Below, piece after piece: positions 1-9,961 of a stretch of DNA of 64,000 bases; the first letter of the stretch is position 1, and each line of letters begins with the position of its first letter. The notes below the pieces were generated by a model. It made no database searches, had not been told where the DNA came from, and worked only from the letters and a program-made list of their open reading frames with translations. Source of the DNA: Candidatus Sysuiplasma jiujiangense (GTDB taxonomy: Archaea > Thermoplasmatota > Thermoplasmata > Sysuiplasmatales > Sysuiplasmataceae); NCBI GenBank assembly GCA_019721075.1, contig JAHEAD010000004.1, forward strand, positions 1 to 64,000, read 5' to 3'. Made by a program: the position numbers and the translations under genes.

Positions 1-116
1 GCGAGTCGATGAGGCTGCGTGTAATGCTGGCTTTTCCTGTTTTCCTTATATATACTCATTCGATCCTAGTACTTCTGTTACGATCGTCTTCGGAGATACT
101 GGATGCCAATGCATCC

Positions 117-509
117 TCAGTGCCGGGAGGTGAAAATATATCTGGAGGGAACGTTCTTCCTGAGTCCTGTCCAGTATCTGCATGATCCGCAACTGTAACC
201 AAGCGTGACAGTTCCTCCGTATATGGTCATATTTTTCAGACGTGTGAGTTTGGAACCGCAGATCGGGCACTTGTGCGGTAGCTTGCTGTTCCTGGCTTCC
301 TTGTATTTTAGTTCAAGTTCTACCAGTCCCCTTCCTACGGCTATCATTCTGATTCTCCTGTCGCTGATCAGAAAGGCACTTTCCACATCCCTGATTTTCT
401 GTCTTACCAGTTTGCCGAGTTTCCTCTGGGAGTTTATTATCCCGTATTCGTTGAGGCAAGAAACTATTGCCCTGGCGACGTCTTCATCCGCGGGTATCCT
501 GTATTGCAT
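117..509 (-). CDS. Hypothetical protein with C-terminal zinc ribbon
   Basis: 130-aa ORF with CPIC...CGSC motifs and a basic, helical N-terminus. Confidence 0.7.
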   Translation of the reverse strand: MQYRIPADEDVARAIVSCLNEYGIINSQRKLGKLVRQKIRDVESAFLISDRRIRMIAVGRGLVELELKYKEARNSKLPHKCPICGSKLTRLKNMTIYGGTVTLGYSCGSCRYWTGLRKNVPSRYIFTSRH

Positions 510-789
510 TCGTGGTCACACATGCTTACGGGATAATGTAATTTTTCAGTATCGGGTTCCGCAGTCCGCTGCCGTGAATAAGCGCAAAAAACCGGAAAGG
601 TCGTATCCCTCTTATTCAGATAATTACGATTATCGAATACTTCGCGACAGATGGCAGGGTAGTTGTGCCTGTTCATGGCCCAGAGGCAGCTCTTTAACTG
701 GTACAGAAGGTTCATTTCATCGATTCCCATTCCATCCTTATAATGGACAGGCATAATGCTTAATACAACAGGTACCGGTACTTGCCAGT

Positions 790-975
790 ATGGCTAAATT
801 TGAGTTCAAGTGCAAAGACGTGGGCATGAACTGCGGTTTTGAAACATCCGCTAAGACTAAAGAAGAACTTATGCCAAAAATAATGGAGCATGCAAAGACC
901 GCGCATGGAATGACAAGCATTCCGGATGACATGAAGAAGAAAGTTGAGGGTGCGATACAGAAGAAGATGTTTTAG
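790..975 (+). CDS. Small metal-binding protein, DUF1059-like
   Basis: 61 aa; FKCKDVGMNCGF...EEL...EHAKTAHG pattern typical of DUF1059. Confidence 0.8.
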   Translation: MAKFEFKCKDVGMNCGFETSAKTKEELMPKIMEHAKTAHGMTSIPDDMKKKVEGAIQKKMF

Positions 976-1243
976 CCGGCCAATCGACTTTTTGAAAGCG
1001 CATTGACAGAAACATCTCAATCTTTTTGATTTTTGGCGTAATGGGAACAGGAAAGAAACAAGTGGGGATGGGGGTGTTATGAAGTGATGGAATCGCCAAT
1101 TGTTAGAAACAGTCGGCTGTGTTGCTTTGATCGCTGTTTGAAAAGGCGCGACTTGTCTCCAGATTCCAGTGTCCGGCCAACACATTTCATTCACGCTGTC
1201 TGAGAAGGTAAAAAGCTATTAGGATGCAGGAATATGCCTATTT

Positions 1244-1335
1244 AGCTAGGGGAGCGTTTAGATAATGCTGAGAGGGTGGCACCGACTGCCACCGACCCTT
1301 GAACCTGATCCGGATAATACCGGCGAAGGAAAGCA
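1244..1335 (+). promoter_or_regulatory. TPP (THI-box) riboswitch
   Basis: Consensus elements in order: GGGGAGC...GCTGAGAG...GACCCTTGAACCTGATCCGGATAATACCGGCGAAGG; directly upstream of a thiamine ABC transporter. Confidence 0.92.
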
Positions 1336-1372
1336 GACATTTCTGACGGCTTCTCTGGCAGGAAATGGTTAA

Positions 1373-2518
1373 ATGACTCCTGCAAGAGATGTTAAGGATA
1401 GGAAAAAATTCAGACTTCGGCCCTTCGAAAAACGACTGATTGCTGTGCTTGTTGCGGTTGTGATCGTCACGGCTGCATACACACTGTATGCAGACACCGG
1501 ATTCAAGACAGGAAAGACAACCCTCGTAGTTTACACCTACAGTTCGTTCCTGGCCTACGGCTCCAACAAATCTGCGGCGTTCAATGTTGTTTTCGGCACA
1601 TTCGAGAAGGAATATGATGTCAGGATCGTCGTTGAAACGCCACAGAACGGCTTAATCCAGTCTCTTCAATTATACAAGCAGCATCCACAGGCGAATCTGG
1701 TCGTCGGGTTGAATAACATCAACGGTGTTCAGGCTGTCAGGGACGGTCTTCTTCTCAAATACACACCGTCGTCTATTGCATACGTGAATTCGACTCTCAT
1801 CTCCGAACTGGGCGGGGCTGCCGGATATATTACTCCCTATGAGTATGCCTACCTCGGTATTGACTACAATGTAAGTCTTATAGCGCACAATCAGTCTTTC
1901 CGTCCCACTTTCCAGGAAATTGCCTCCAATGCCACGCTTGCTCAAAACCTGCTTCTTGAATATCCGTATACTTCCGCAACAGGAGAAGCATTCCTCCTGT
2001 GGCAGATTTCCTATTACACATATGTCCTTCATCAGAACTGGACAGTATGGTGGAATCAGATAAGGCCATATGTGGGAGGTCATGTATTCCTGTCGTGGTC
2101 ACAGGCATTTGCAAAGTTTGGGTCAGGACCGGGAACAGGCATGGTTGTTAGTTACGCTACAGATCCGGCCTACAACGAGTATTTCGGTTATGGCAACAGC
2201 ATTAATTCAACAGTGATTTACTACAATGGGAATCCGTACGGCTGGCGCACCGTTTACGGCATCGCCATAGTTAACCACTCTTCTCACCTTTCCCTTGAGG
2301 AGAAATTCATCAATTATTTCCTCAGTCCTGTTGTCCAGAATGAACTGCCGCTGAATGAATGGATGTACCCTGCAAATTCAAGCACGCAGCTGCCGCAGGT
2401 CTACGAATATGCCATCAATCCGAAAAATGTCATACCCCTGAACAATTACATCAACTCAACAGCCATCGCTGAAAACATGTCTTCCTGGGTGGATGAATGG
2501 ATAGCCATAATGGGCTGA
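1373..2518 (+). CDS. thiB: Thiamine ABC transporter substrate-binding protein
   Basis: N-terminal TM anchor; VYTYSSF, VVSYATDPAY and NEWMYP motifs of ThiB/TbpA; downstream of TPP riboswitch. Confidence 0.88.
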   Translation: MTPARDVKDRKKFRLRPFEKRLIAVLVAVVIVTAAYTLYADTGFKTGKTTLVVYTYSSFLAYGSNKSAAFNVVFGTFEKEYDVRIVVETPQNGLIQSLQLYKQHPQANLVVGLNNINGVQAVRDGLLLKYTPSSIAYVNSTLISELGGAAGYITPYEYAYLGIDYNVSLIAHNQSFRPTFQEIASNATLAQNLLLEYPYTSATGEAFLLWQISYYTYVLHQNWTVWWNQIRPYVGGHVFLSWSQAFAKFGSGPGTGMVVSYATDPAYNEYFGYGNSINSTVIYYNGNPYGWRTVYGIAIVNHSSHLSLEEKFINYFLSPVVQNELPLNEWMYPANSSTQLPQVYEYAINPKNVIPLNNYINSTAIAENMSSWVDEWIAIMG

Positions 2519-4134
2519 AAGATCTTATCAGAGATAAGCAGGCTTTATTGCTTATGCTCCTGCCTTCGCTATTTCTGATTTCTGTTGTCGTCGTCCCGTT
2601 CGTAATGCTGGCTGATACGTTCGGTGCAAAGAATTATGCCGGATTGCTTTTCAGCAACAGCTTCGATGCCAGGCTTGCCCGTGAAGCATTTGTAAACTCT
2701 CTTGAGCAGGGAGCGGTCAGCGCAATTCTTTCTTTCTGTGCTGGTTTCCCCCTCGGTCTGTTTTTGGGAAGATATGACTTCCGATACCGGAGACTTCTTG
2801 CCTCTCTGTCAATTCTTCCCTTTTTCCTGCCTTCCATTGTCGTTGTTTTCGCCTTTATTTTGTCTTTTGGACCCGCTTCGCCGGCTGCAGCCATCTTCCC
2901 GCCCCTTTCCGCACTGTCAAGGGGATTCACCGGCATCGTGGCAGTCAATGTATTCTTCAATGCTCCTCTGGTGGTCCTCACAACAATGGTTGCAGTCATG
3001 GGCTATGATCCACAGCTGGAAGAGGCGTCAAAATCGCTGGGGGCAGGCCGCCTGAAGACATTCATAACGACATGGGGAAAGGAAGGAATTGCGTACGGTG
3101 CATGGGGCTCGCTTCTTTCATTCATTTATTCGTTTTCCGGCTTCACTGCGCCGCTCATCATTGGGGGGCAGAGGTATTTTACGCTTGAAACCTGGATTTA
3201 TTTTCTCGCAAAGGTGCTTGACCAGATAGGCAATGCAACATTCATAAGTCTGGTCCAGGTAACCTTTCTCTTCATACCAGCAATTGCCTATGTCTACCTT
3301 TTCCGATCAAGGATGCAGAATCTATATTCCTCCAGGCAATTCCGGAGAGCAGACTCAGGCAGCAGATGGTTTCTTGCAGGTGCGTTATATGCGGCAATTT
3401 TCCTGCTCGCTGAAACATACATATTTTCAGCCGTAATAGAAGCTTCACTGAATTTTGGTAATGGCGGGCTGATCCGAAATTTCATAATGCTGTTCAGCCC
3501 TAATGTTGCCTCGTCCATCGGCATAACCACGTTCGGCGCATTGCTTAATTCTCTCTTCTACGGTGTTATCACGGCACTGTCTGTAACCTTCCTCGCTCTG
3601 TCATGGATTTTCTCCCGCAGACGGCTGCAGACAAGCTTCGATCCGATGGATGCGCTTCAGTTCATGCCTCTCATAATTTCCGCCATAATTCTGGCACTTT
3701 CGCTGTCAGCCGCGTTTTCGCCGATTGTACCTGCCGATTCAGTCTGGGTGTTGATTGTAATGGCACAGAGTGTTGTCTCTATTCCACTGGTCTTCAGAAT
3801 AGTTCTTGCCGGATTTTCTAACATTCCACTCAGGCTCCGTGAAGCATCGGTGATTCTGGGCGGTAACGCATTTTTTGAAATTGAGGTTCCGCTTGCATAT
3901 TCAGCTGTTTCAACAGCCATGCTCTTCGGATTTGCAACCAGCCTCGGCGAGTTTGCGGCAACGAATTTTCTCACCACGCCACGGTTCATCTCCCTGACGG
4001 TTGAAATCTATTCCCTTCAGAGTGTTCGTCTCTTCCATATTGCCGACGCAGCAGTTGCGTTCCTTCTTCTCATAAGCATTGTTCTCTTCACAGCAATTCA
4101 GGGCATCGGGGATGGTTTAGCTGGCATTCGTTGA
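2497..4134 (+). CDS. thiP: Thiamine ABC transporter permease (two fused TM domains)
   Basis: 545-aa hydrophobic protein with two EAA loops (LEEASKSLGA, LREASVILGG). Confidence 0.88.
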   Translation: MDSHNGLKDLIRDKQALLLMLLPSLFLISVVVVPFVMLADTFGAKNYAGLLFSNSFDARLAREAFVNSLEQGAVSAILSFCAGFPLGLFLGRYDFRYRRLLASLSILPFFLPSIVVVFAFILSFGPASPAAAIFPPLSALSRGFTGIVAVNVFFNAPLVVLTTMVAVMGYDPQLEEASKSLGAGRLKTFITTWGKEGIAYGAWGSLLSFIYSFSGFTAPLIIGGQRYFTLETWIYFLAKVLDQIGNATFISLVQVTFLFIPAIAYVYLFRSRMQNLYSSRQFRRADSGSRWFLAGALYAAIFLLAETYIFSAVIEASLNFGNGGLIRNFIMLFSPNVASSIGITTFGALLNSLFYGVITALSVTFLALSWIFSRRRLQTSFDPMDALQFMPLIISAIILALSLSAAFSPIVPADSVWVLIVMAQSVVSIPLVFRIVLAGFSNIPLRLREASVILGGNAFFEIEVPLAYSAVSTAMLFGFATSLGEFAATNFLTTPRFISLTVEIYSLQSVRLFHIADAAVAFLLLISIVLFTAIQGIGDGLAGIR

Positions 4135-5065
4135 AATAATAAATCTGAACCGGAAGTACGGCGATTTTTCGCTCAGAGACATCAATCTGGAGATGGATGC
4201 AAAGAGAACGATGACGCTCATGGGTCCAAGCGGCTCAGGTAAAACCTCCCTCATGAGGAACATTGCGGGCTTCGACACACCGGACAGCGGCCGGATATTG
4301 ATAGATGGGGAGGACGTTACGAGAATGCCAGTCAACAAGAGGAATGTCGGAATGATATTCCAGGAACTCGCGCTTTTCCCTAATATGAGTGTATTTGACA
4401 ACATTGCGTACGGACTGAAATCGAAGAGGTTGGCAGAAAGTGAGATCAGACATGTTGTAAATTCACTCGCCTCCTCTCTGCGAATAGAGAGCCTTCTGAC
4501 AAGACGCCCGCATCAACTATCCGCAGGCGAGAGGCAGAGAACTGCTCTGGCGCGGTCTGTTGCCGTAGAACCCCGTCTTCTGTTGCTCGATGAGCCTTTC
4601 AGTTCGGTCGACAGCCACCTGAGGATTGAATTGAGAAGCGAGCTGAAAAGATTCGCATCTGAATTCGGTCTTACAATGATGTTTGTGACACATGACAGCA
4701 GAGAAGGATTTTACATGGCGGACGATGTCTGTGTAATTGATGAGGGCCTGATAATAAGGAAGGACACCCCTTTCGGGGTGTTCAACAATCCAGGAAGCGA
4801 ACAGGTAGCAACGCTCATTGGCTACAATGTAATGCTTTTGAATGGAAAGAAGATTGCCTTTTCCCCTTCAAAGGCAAAAATTTCAGAAAAAGGCGGTATA
4901 CCCGTAACGATTTTATCATCCGGATATGAGGGGGAGCAAACAAGAGTGGCCGTAAGGACAGATTCAGGACAAACAATCAACGTGTACGCCGATTCCGGCA
5001 CACACACATATGATCAGGGAAAATCCTTTTCACTTGTTATTGAGAATTATGTTGTTATTGAATAA
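4121..5065 (+). CDS. thiQ: ABC transporter ATP-binding protein (probable CTG start at 4121; first ATG at 4193)
   Basis: Walker A GPSGSGKT, LSAGERQR signature, LLLDEP. Frame is open from CTG 4121 and encodes the typical N-terminal strand FVEIINLNRKYGDFSLRDINL. Confidence 0.85.
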   Translation: MAFVEIINLNRKYGDFSLRDINLEMDAKRTMTLMGPSGSGKTSLMRNIAGFDTPDSGRILIDGEDVTRMPVNKRNVGMIFQELALFPNMSVFDNIAYGLKSKRLAESEIRHVVNSLASSLRIESLLTRRPHQLSAGERQRTALARSVAVEPRLLLLDEPFSSVDSHLRIELRSELKRFASEFGLTMMFVTHDSREGFYMADDVCVIDEGLIIRKDTPFGVFNNPGSEQVATLIGYNVMLLNGKKIAFSPSKAKISEKGGIPVTILSSGYEGEQTRVAVRTDSGQTINVYADSGTHTYDQGKSFSLVIENYVVIE

Positions 5066-5770
5066 TCGCGAAGGTGTGTTTAAAACATGATTATTCAGTA
5101 ATGCCGTCAAGTAATCCTCCTGCAACAGAGTCGAGGTACTGATCACTCACTACGGCTAAATCCCTGACCCCGCTGATTTAAGAAATTGGTATCCCGATTC
5201 CTAGCTTTTTCTTCAGCGTGCCGGGCTGCTTCGGTATCTCCGGCAGCATTCTCACGAATTGTTATGGAAACAGCAGTTCCGCATAGAGAACGCGATTGCG
5301 GCATTGTGCCTGATTCTGCCCCTCTCCTGACGTTTGCCTGAACTGATTCATACTATTGATGCTGAAGCATATTCTCAAATCTGCCAAGCTGTGGATATAG
5401 TCTCTTCTTCTCGTTGTGACACCTAAAGGGCGGATTGCGGCAGTTTCATCGGAACGATGGTCAGGGCGGGGTTATCTTGAAAATAGCTGGCGTTTTCCTC
5501 GATATTCAGTCAGATGTGCCTTCTATATGGGCAGGGCCCCTTGGCAGGATTTCGCGCACTTACTAAAATTTCCAAGTGGCCTGAGGTACGCGTCGGCGGG
5601 TTATATGCAGGCTCCTGGCAACGTTCAGGTACCATCTTCTGGCTCCCGTGTCAGACGGCAGGCAGCCGTGCTTTGAATAATGTCCCGTAGCCCTTCATGG
5701 GTACGGACCTTTTTGCTGAATGAAAGTGATTCAAAGCCCAAAATATGACTGTGCCTGACAGTAAATCAAT

Positions 5771-5843
5771 TGGGTCCGTCCAGATTTGAACTGGAGTCAC
5801 CAGCACCCCAAGCTGGAAGGATACCAAGCTACCCCACGGACCC
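5771..5843 (-). tRNA. tRNA-Pro (GGG)
   Basis: Minus strand GGGTCCG...CCAGC-TTGGGGT-GCTGG...TTCAAAT...CGGACCCA forms a cloverleaf; follows rpo10, as in many archaea. Confidence 0.95.
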
Positions 5844-5879
5844 TGTTTAAATGCTTCCTGCAAGGAAGATGAAACGGTA

Positions 5880-6074
5880 TCAGTGGAACGGTATCACTTC
5901 GTCGATGAGGTCCGCATGTGAAATTATCATCCTGCGGCAGCAGTAGCGGTTTATGCCGAGAGAATCCAGGACATCCTTTGGTACTTCGCCCATCTTCACT
6001 CTCTTTATGTAAATCTCGTATGAACTCCCGAGCACTTTTCCGCAACTGAAACATCTGACCGGTATTATCAACAA
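5880..6074 (-). CDS. rpo10: RNA polymerase subunit Rpo10 (N)
   Basis: IIPVRCFSCGK...RYCCRRM motifs. Confidence 0.97.
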   Translation of the reverse strand: MLIIPVRCFSCGKVLGSSYEIYIKRVKMGEVPKDVLDSLGINRYCCRRMIISHADLIDEVIPFH

Positions 6075-6075
6075 A

Positions 6076-6483
6076 TCACCTGTATGACTTCTGTTTTCTC
6101 TTTCTTGCGCCTCTGCCTGCTGGATTCTTCGGGAGTTTCCTTCTTGGGTCGCTTATGAGAAGGGAACGATCATACTGCCTGAACACCTTCTCAAGTTCTT
6201 CATCTTTTAGGAATGAAACCAGGCTCTTTGCTATGGCAGTTCTGGCAGCCTCCGCCTGTCCCATAATGCCGCCGCCCATGACATCAACGGTAATGTCAAG
6301 CCCCTTCGCCTTATCACCAGCCAGCAAAACAGGTTCAAGCATTTTCCTTCTCGCAATTTCAGGATAGTGAATTTCAATGGGGATGCTGTTTACCCTAATT
6401 CTTCCTGCACCAATGCGGGCGATAGCCTTTGCCACTGCTGTCTTCCTCTTTCCGACAGTCAGAACGGGTGTGATCTCAGACAT
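6076..6483 (-). CDS. rps9: 30S ribosomal protein S9 (uS9)
   Basis: GKRKTAVA, GGGIMGQAEA and C-terminal ARKRKQKSYR. Confidence 0.97.
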   Translation of the reverse strand: MSEITPVLTVGKRKTAVAKAIARIGAGRIRVNSIPIEIHYPEIARRKMLEPVLLAGDKAKGLDITVDVMGGGIMGQAEAARTAIAKSLVSFLKDEELEKVFRQYDRSLLISDPRRKLPKNPAGRGARKRKQKSYR

Positions 6484-6902
6484 CAGTTCACCCTTGCCCC
6501 GAGCAACTTGGAAATTTCACCAAGCCGCGTATATCTTTTGCCCCTGGCCGCCTTCTGCTGGATTTCTGGTTTGGCATCCCCTATGACTCGTGGTACGCCG
6601 GTATAAACCTTGAGATTTCTGTATGCGTTTTTGCCCCTTGATGTCTTGATGGGGAGCATTCCCCTTACAGCCCTTCTAAGAATGCCGTCAGGCATCCTCG
6701 GATAATACGGTCCCTTTATTGCCTTTCCTCTCTGATAAGCTGAAAAGTATTCCTCATAACTTTTTTGAGCGGATCCGGAAATCAACACCTTTTCCGCATT
6801 GATAATTGTAATCTCTTCCCCGTTTAGAAGTCTCTTTGCTATACTGCTGGACAACCTTCCCAGAATCGCACCATCCGCATCGACAACCGCCATTTCTGCC
6901 AC
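6483..6902 (-). CDS. rpl13: 50S ribosomal protein L13 (uL13)
   Basis: VVDADGAILGRLSS and RRAVRGMLP motifs. Confidence 0.97.
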   Translation of the reverse strand: MAEMAVVDADGAILGRLSSSIAKRLLNGEEITIINAEKVLISGSAQKSYEEYFSAYQRGKAIKGPYYPRMPDGILRRAVRGMLPIKTSRGKNAYRNLKVYTGVPRVIGDAKPEIQQKAARGKRYTRLGEISKLLGARVN

Positions 6903-6903
6903 C

Positions 6904-7281
6904 TCAAGCCATGAGTCTCAGACCCGAGCCTTTAGGATTCGAATTTGCAAGCGTTTCCAGGTCATGTATCTCGCATCCAGCTTTCTCCAATTTCGCTTTT
7001 GCGGAACTGGAAACAGAGTAGGCAGAAACGGTAATTTTCTTGGATATTCCACCGCTTCCAAGTACCTTCCCGGGCACTACGATTGAATCGCCATTGCTGA
7101 CAAGTCTGTCAAGACGCGAAAGGTTAACCACTGGCCTGTTTGCAAGCGGTCCCTCAAGTCTCAGTGCAACAGTTCTCCAAATAGGTGCGTTCTCCCTTGC
7201 GGATAAGTTAAAGAGTTCAGCGATCAGTCTATTGAGTTCAGGATTCGTCTTTACGTTTCTCTTTCTGCTCTTTACGCCCAT
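6904..7281 (-). CDS. rpl18e: 50S ribosomal protein L18e (eL18)
   Basis: KTNPEL, VNLSRL and VVPGKVLGSG motifs. Confidence 0.96.
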   Translation of the reverse strand: MGVKSRKRNVKTNPELNRLIAELFNLSARENAPIWRTVALRLEGPLANRPVVNLSRLDRLVSNGDSIVVPGKVLGSGGISKKITVSAYSVSSSAKAKLEKAGCEIHDLETLANSNPKGSGLRLMA

Positions 7282-7323
7282 CTTGTTCAGCTTCCGGATG
7301 AATCATTCTCTAAACGGCATCTC

Positions 7324-7337
7324 TTTATAAACTTTTC
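7324..7337 (-). promoter_or_regulatory. BRE/TATA promoter of the rpl18e operon
   Basis: Minus strand GAAAAG-TTTATAAA about 43 nt upstream of the rpl18e ATG. Confidence 0.6.
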
Positions 7338-7888
7338 ACATGTCTCATGAACGGCAGGTATTCCAAGTCATCTCAAAAGGAAAATTCAATTGACCCACAG
7401 TTGCACAGCCTTCTATTGTCTTTTAGTCCATGATACGCCGGGGACGAGCTGGAACGTGCATTCCTGATTACCTCATGCCTGTTCTCCTCCCGATAACTCA
7501 TGGCAGGGTGCGGCTGGACAGAATGCATGCTGAAATCAGCTTCAATTCTGTCTGTATGTTCCGAAAGAGCGGTTTCAGAACATCTGTCGTTGGTATCAGC
7601 CGAAAGTGATTTTCAAAATCTGAAGACACCGGATTATGCATCATTTCATGGTGTAAGATGCACCATTGGAACATTCCGTCTATGACCCGGCCGGGCGAAG
7701 TGCAAAAGTTATTGTAAGAGTGCGTGTTTGCCTGAAACCATTGATTACAACTTTTGATGTCGATCGTTTTTATACTAAATTCAATTTCGGTTCAACCGTT
7801 GCTCTACCCGTGTGTGGAAAAGAATGGGAGTACCGTTGCGCTGACTCCCGGAGCAGCTTAAAAATTGACTCTTCAAACAGGTGAATAG

Positions 7889-8911
7889 ATGATTCGCTTC
7901 GGTCCGTCTGGAATCCCGCTTTCCTGCAAAGGGAGGACATTGTTCGACGGCATAGAGGACGTTCACATGCTCGGGCTGACAGCCCTTGAAGTCCAGATGA
8001 TACGTAACAATATACTGCAACGTTCGCCAGATGATGAGGAAATCGGAAAACGGCCGGCTGAACTCGAGACTGACATGATTGTTCAGATTGATCGTCATGG
8101 CGGGAAAGGAACAAAGCCGATTAACGATCCTGATGAGAAGATACGCAGCGACGACACTCTGACGGTGCTTGAGAGCGGTCTGTGCCATTCATATGTTGAG
8201 TTATATGAAATGGCAGAGTATGCAAAGGATCACGACGTTCAGCTTTCGGTCCACTCATCATACTATGTCGACCTTTCGGGAAAAACTGATTTGGTGGAAC
8301 GGAGCAAGTATAATATAAAATGGGCCGGGCTGGTTTGCGCGGCGCTCGATGGTGTGGTTGTCAGTACCCAGCTGGGCTTCTATGGCAGCAAAGGAAAGAA
8401 GACCGGGACCGAGCTGATATTGAAGAATCTGAGGGACATTCGGGACTGGTGGAAGGAAAATAAGCTCAGGGCGCCGATTGGCCTTGAAACCAGCGGCAGG
8501 CAGGAAGTGTTCGGAAGTTTTGATGAAGTAATAGACACAGTGAAGAGGGTAAAGGGAACAGTTCCTGTAATCAATTTCGCTCATCTTCATTCACGCGAGG
8601 GCGGCTCGCTCAGGGAACAGGAGGATTTCAGAAGAGTAATATCCAGAGCCCAGAAGGTTTCGGAAGGACTGATTTACACTTCATTCTCAGGTGTCGAACA
8701 TCATGGTGGAAATGAACTGAGGCTCACACCGATCAAAAGGGGGGACCTTAGATTCGAACCACTCGCCGAATTAATAGTAGATGAAAACTACGAAATGACA
8801 GTGATTTCATCATCGCCTTTGCTCGAACATGATGCAATTTACATGAAAGTAATATTCGAAAGGATGCTTTCCAGACAGGTCACCAAGGAAGTCAGGGAAA
8901 AGGTTGGCTGA
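7889..8911 (+). CDS. Endonuclease IV-like TIM-barrel protein (AP endonuclease family 2)
   Basis: IRFGPSGIP, LSVHSSYY, IGLETSGR, NFAHLHSR and SSSPLLEHDA motifs of the archaeal Nfo-like family. Confidence 0.85.
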   Translation: MIRFGPSGIPLSCKGRTLFDGIEDVHMLGLTALEVQMIRNNILQRSPDDEEIGKRPAELETDMIVQIDRHGGKGTKPINDPDEKIRSDDTLTVLESGLCHSYVELYEMAEYAKDHDVQLSVHSSYYVDLSGKTDLVERSKYNIKWAGLVCAALDGVVVSTQLGFYGSKGKKTGTELILKNLRDIRDWWKENKLRAPIGLETSGRQEVFGSFDEVIDTVKRVKGTVPVINFAHLHSREGGSLREQEDFRRVISRAQKVSEGLIYTSFSGVEHHGGNELRLTPIKRGDLRFEPLAELIVDENYEMTVISSSPLLEHDAIYMKVIFERMLSRQVTKEVREKVG

Positions 8912-8967
8912 GTCGTTCCTCAGTCCGAGTGCATATCCGGAATCCCTCCTTTGCTGAAAGACCGTAC

Positions 8968-9510
8968 CTATTTTTCGTCAAATATGCAGTAAGCAGGGCT
9001 GTAAAACATGTTACCCTTCGAAGCGAAGACTTCAAAGTTCCCGTCAGACCCTTCAATGACAAGTGCAACTGAATATGCCTGCGTGAACCATCTTTGATGT
9101 GTCCTTGTATCGGTTGAGGAAAGAAAGCAGCCCTGGCCAGTGTGGGAGTGATACCATCCGACAATAAGTTCGCCATCTCTGATGCCGATCTCAAAATTGT
9201 CTCCGGTGTCCCTGTCTATTTCGACATGGTGTGCAGTTGCGATTGCCGGTAGTTCAACGACACCGGATATCCGTATCTTCATTTTCCCTCCGGAAAGGAA
9301 TGGTCTTCCAAGCAGATAGCCGAGTGCTTCCTTTCCCTCGGAAAAGGAGGTCCTGGCGCTAGCAATCGCCTTCCTTAAGGCCTCCGAGCAAAGAAAAACA
9401 TGTATATCCCGTGGAACCGGTGAAGGGCCGTGCTGACAGCAGCCCGGTTCTTCCTCCTCAGCCATTCTGAATTCGTATCCGCTGTGTACTTCAATTGGCA
9501 TTTTTCTCAA
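8968..9510 (-). CDS. JAMM/MPN+ metalloprotease, Rpn11-like deubiquitinase / Ubl-maturase
   Basis: EALGYLLG...IVGWYHSHTGQGCFLSSTD matches the E-xn-HSH-x7-S-x2-D motif. Confidence 0.93.
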   Translation of the reverse strand: MRKMPIEVHSGYEFRMAEEEEPGCCQHGPSPVPRDIHVFLCSEALRKAIASARTSFSEGKEALGYLLGRPFLSGGKMKIRISGVVELPAIATAHHVEIDRDTGDNFEIGIRDGELIVGWYHSHTGQGCFLSSTDTRTHQRWFTQAYSVALVIEGSDGNFEVFASKGNMFYSPAYCIFDEK

Positions 9511-9961
9511 TTTCCGTCAAATATCTTACTGCGGATTCGCAACTTTCAAAGCCGAGCGGCTCCTTTCGGTTTGGATTTTCGACAAGATGAGCGATTCCCG
9601 CAATCAGTGAATTCAACGTTCTTTCCGTTTTCCATTCCTGAAGCAGTTTCGTGCATACGATTCCTCCATTCTCTGGCGTGCTGATATTCGGATGGAATAT
9701 TCCGGATTGCCATATTATGCCTGGCTTCAGCACAGGGTAGTCCCTGAATACCACAATTCTGAAGCGGTGATCGCTCTTTTCCACAATCTTCCCGTCTTTC
9801 ATGCGGTCCAGTCCCCTCACACCTGTAAGACGGACATCGATAGTATAAGGGAAGTTCATGCCTGGCTCATCGCTATATTCGAATTCTGCGCCCTGTATCC
9901 CCTCCAGCATTTTCAGTTCGTTTCTCAACCTTCTCTTCAGCAATTCTAAAGGGATTGCCAT
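9491..9961 (-). CDS. Ubiquitin-conjugating enzyme E2 (UBC fold)
   Basis: DYPVLKP...IFHPNI...GIVCTKLLQEW...L...LVENPN..EPL: canonical HPN motif, catalytic Cys and downstream Trp. Confidence 0.93.
   Translation of the reverse strand: MAIPLELLKRRLRNELKMLEGIQGAEFEYSDEPGMNFPYTIDVRLTGVRGLDRMKDGKIVEKSDHRFRIVVFRDYPVLKPGIIWQSGIFHPNISTPENGGIVCTKLLQEWKTERTLNSLIAGIAHLVENPNRKEPLGFESCESAVRYLTEIEKNAN

Noticed and set aside
117..509. Zn-finger ORF as the missing RING E3
   Set aside because: It has only two CxxC pairs (zinc ribbon), not the eight-ligand cross-brace RING pattern.
4112..4123. ATG-GTT-TAG-CTG in frame with thiQ, suggesting amber (pyrrolysine) readthrough
   Set aside because: No pyl genes or other in-frame TAG cases in the window; RBS spacing fits a CTG start better.
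7282..7888. Possible SRP or RNase P RNA in a 600-bp intergenic region
   Set aside because: No convincing conserved helix-8 or P4 sequence motifs recognised.
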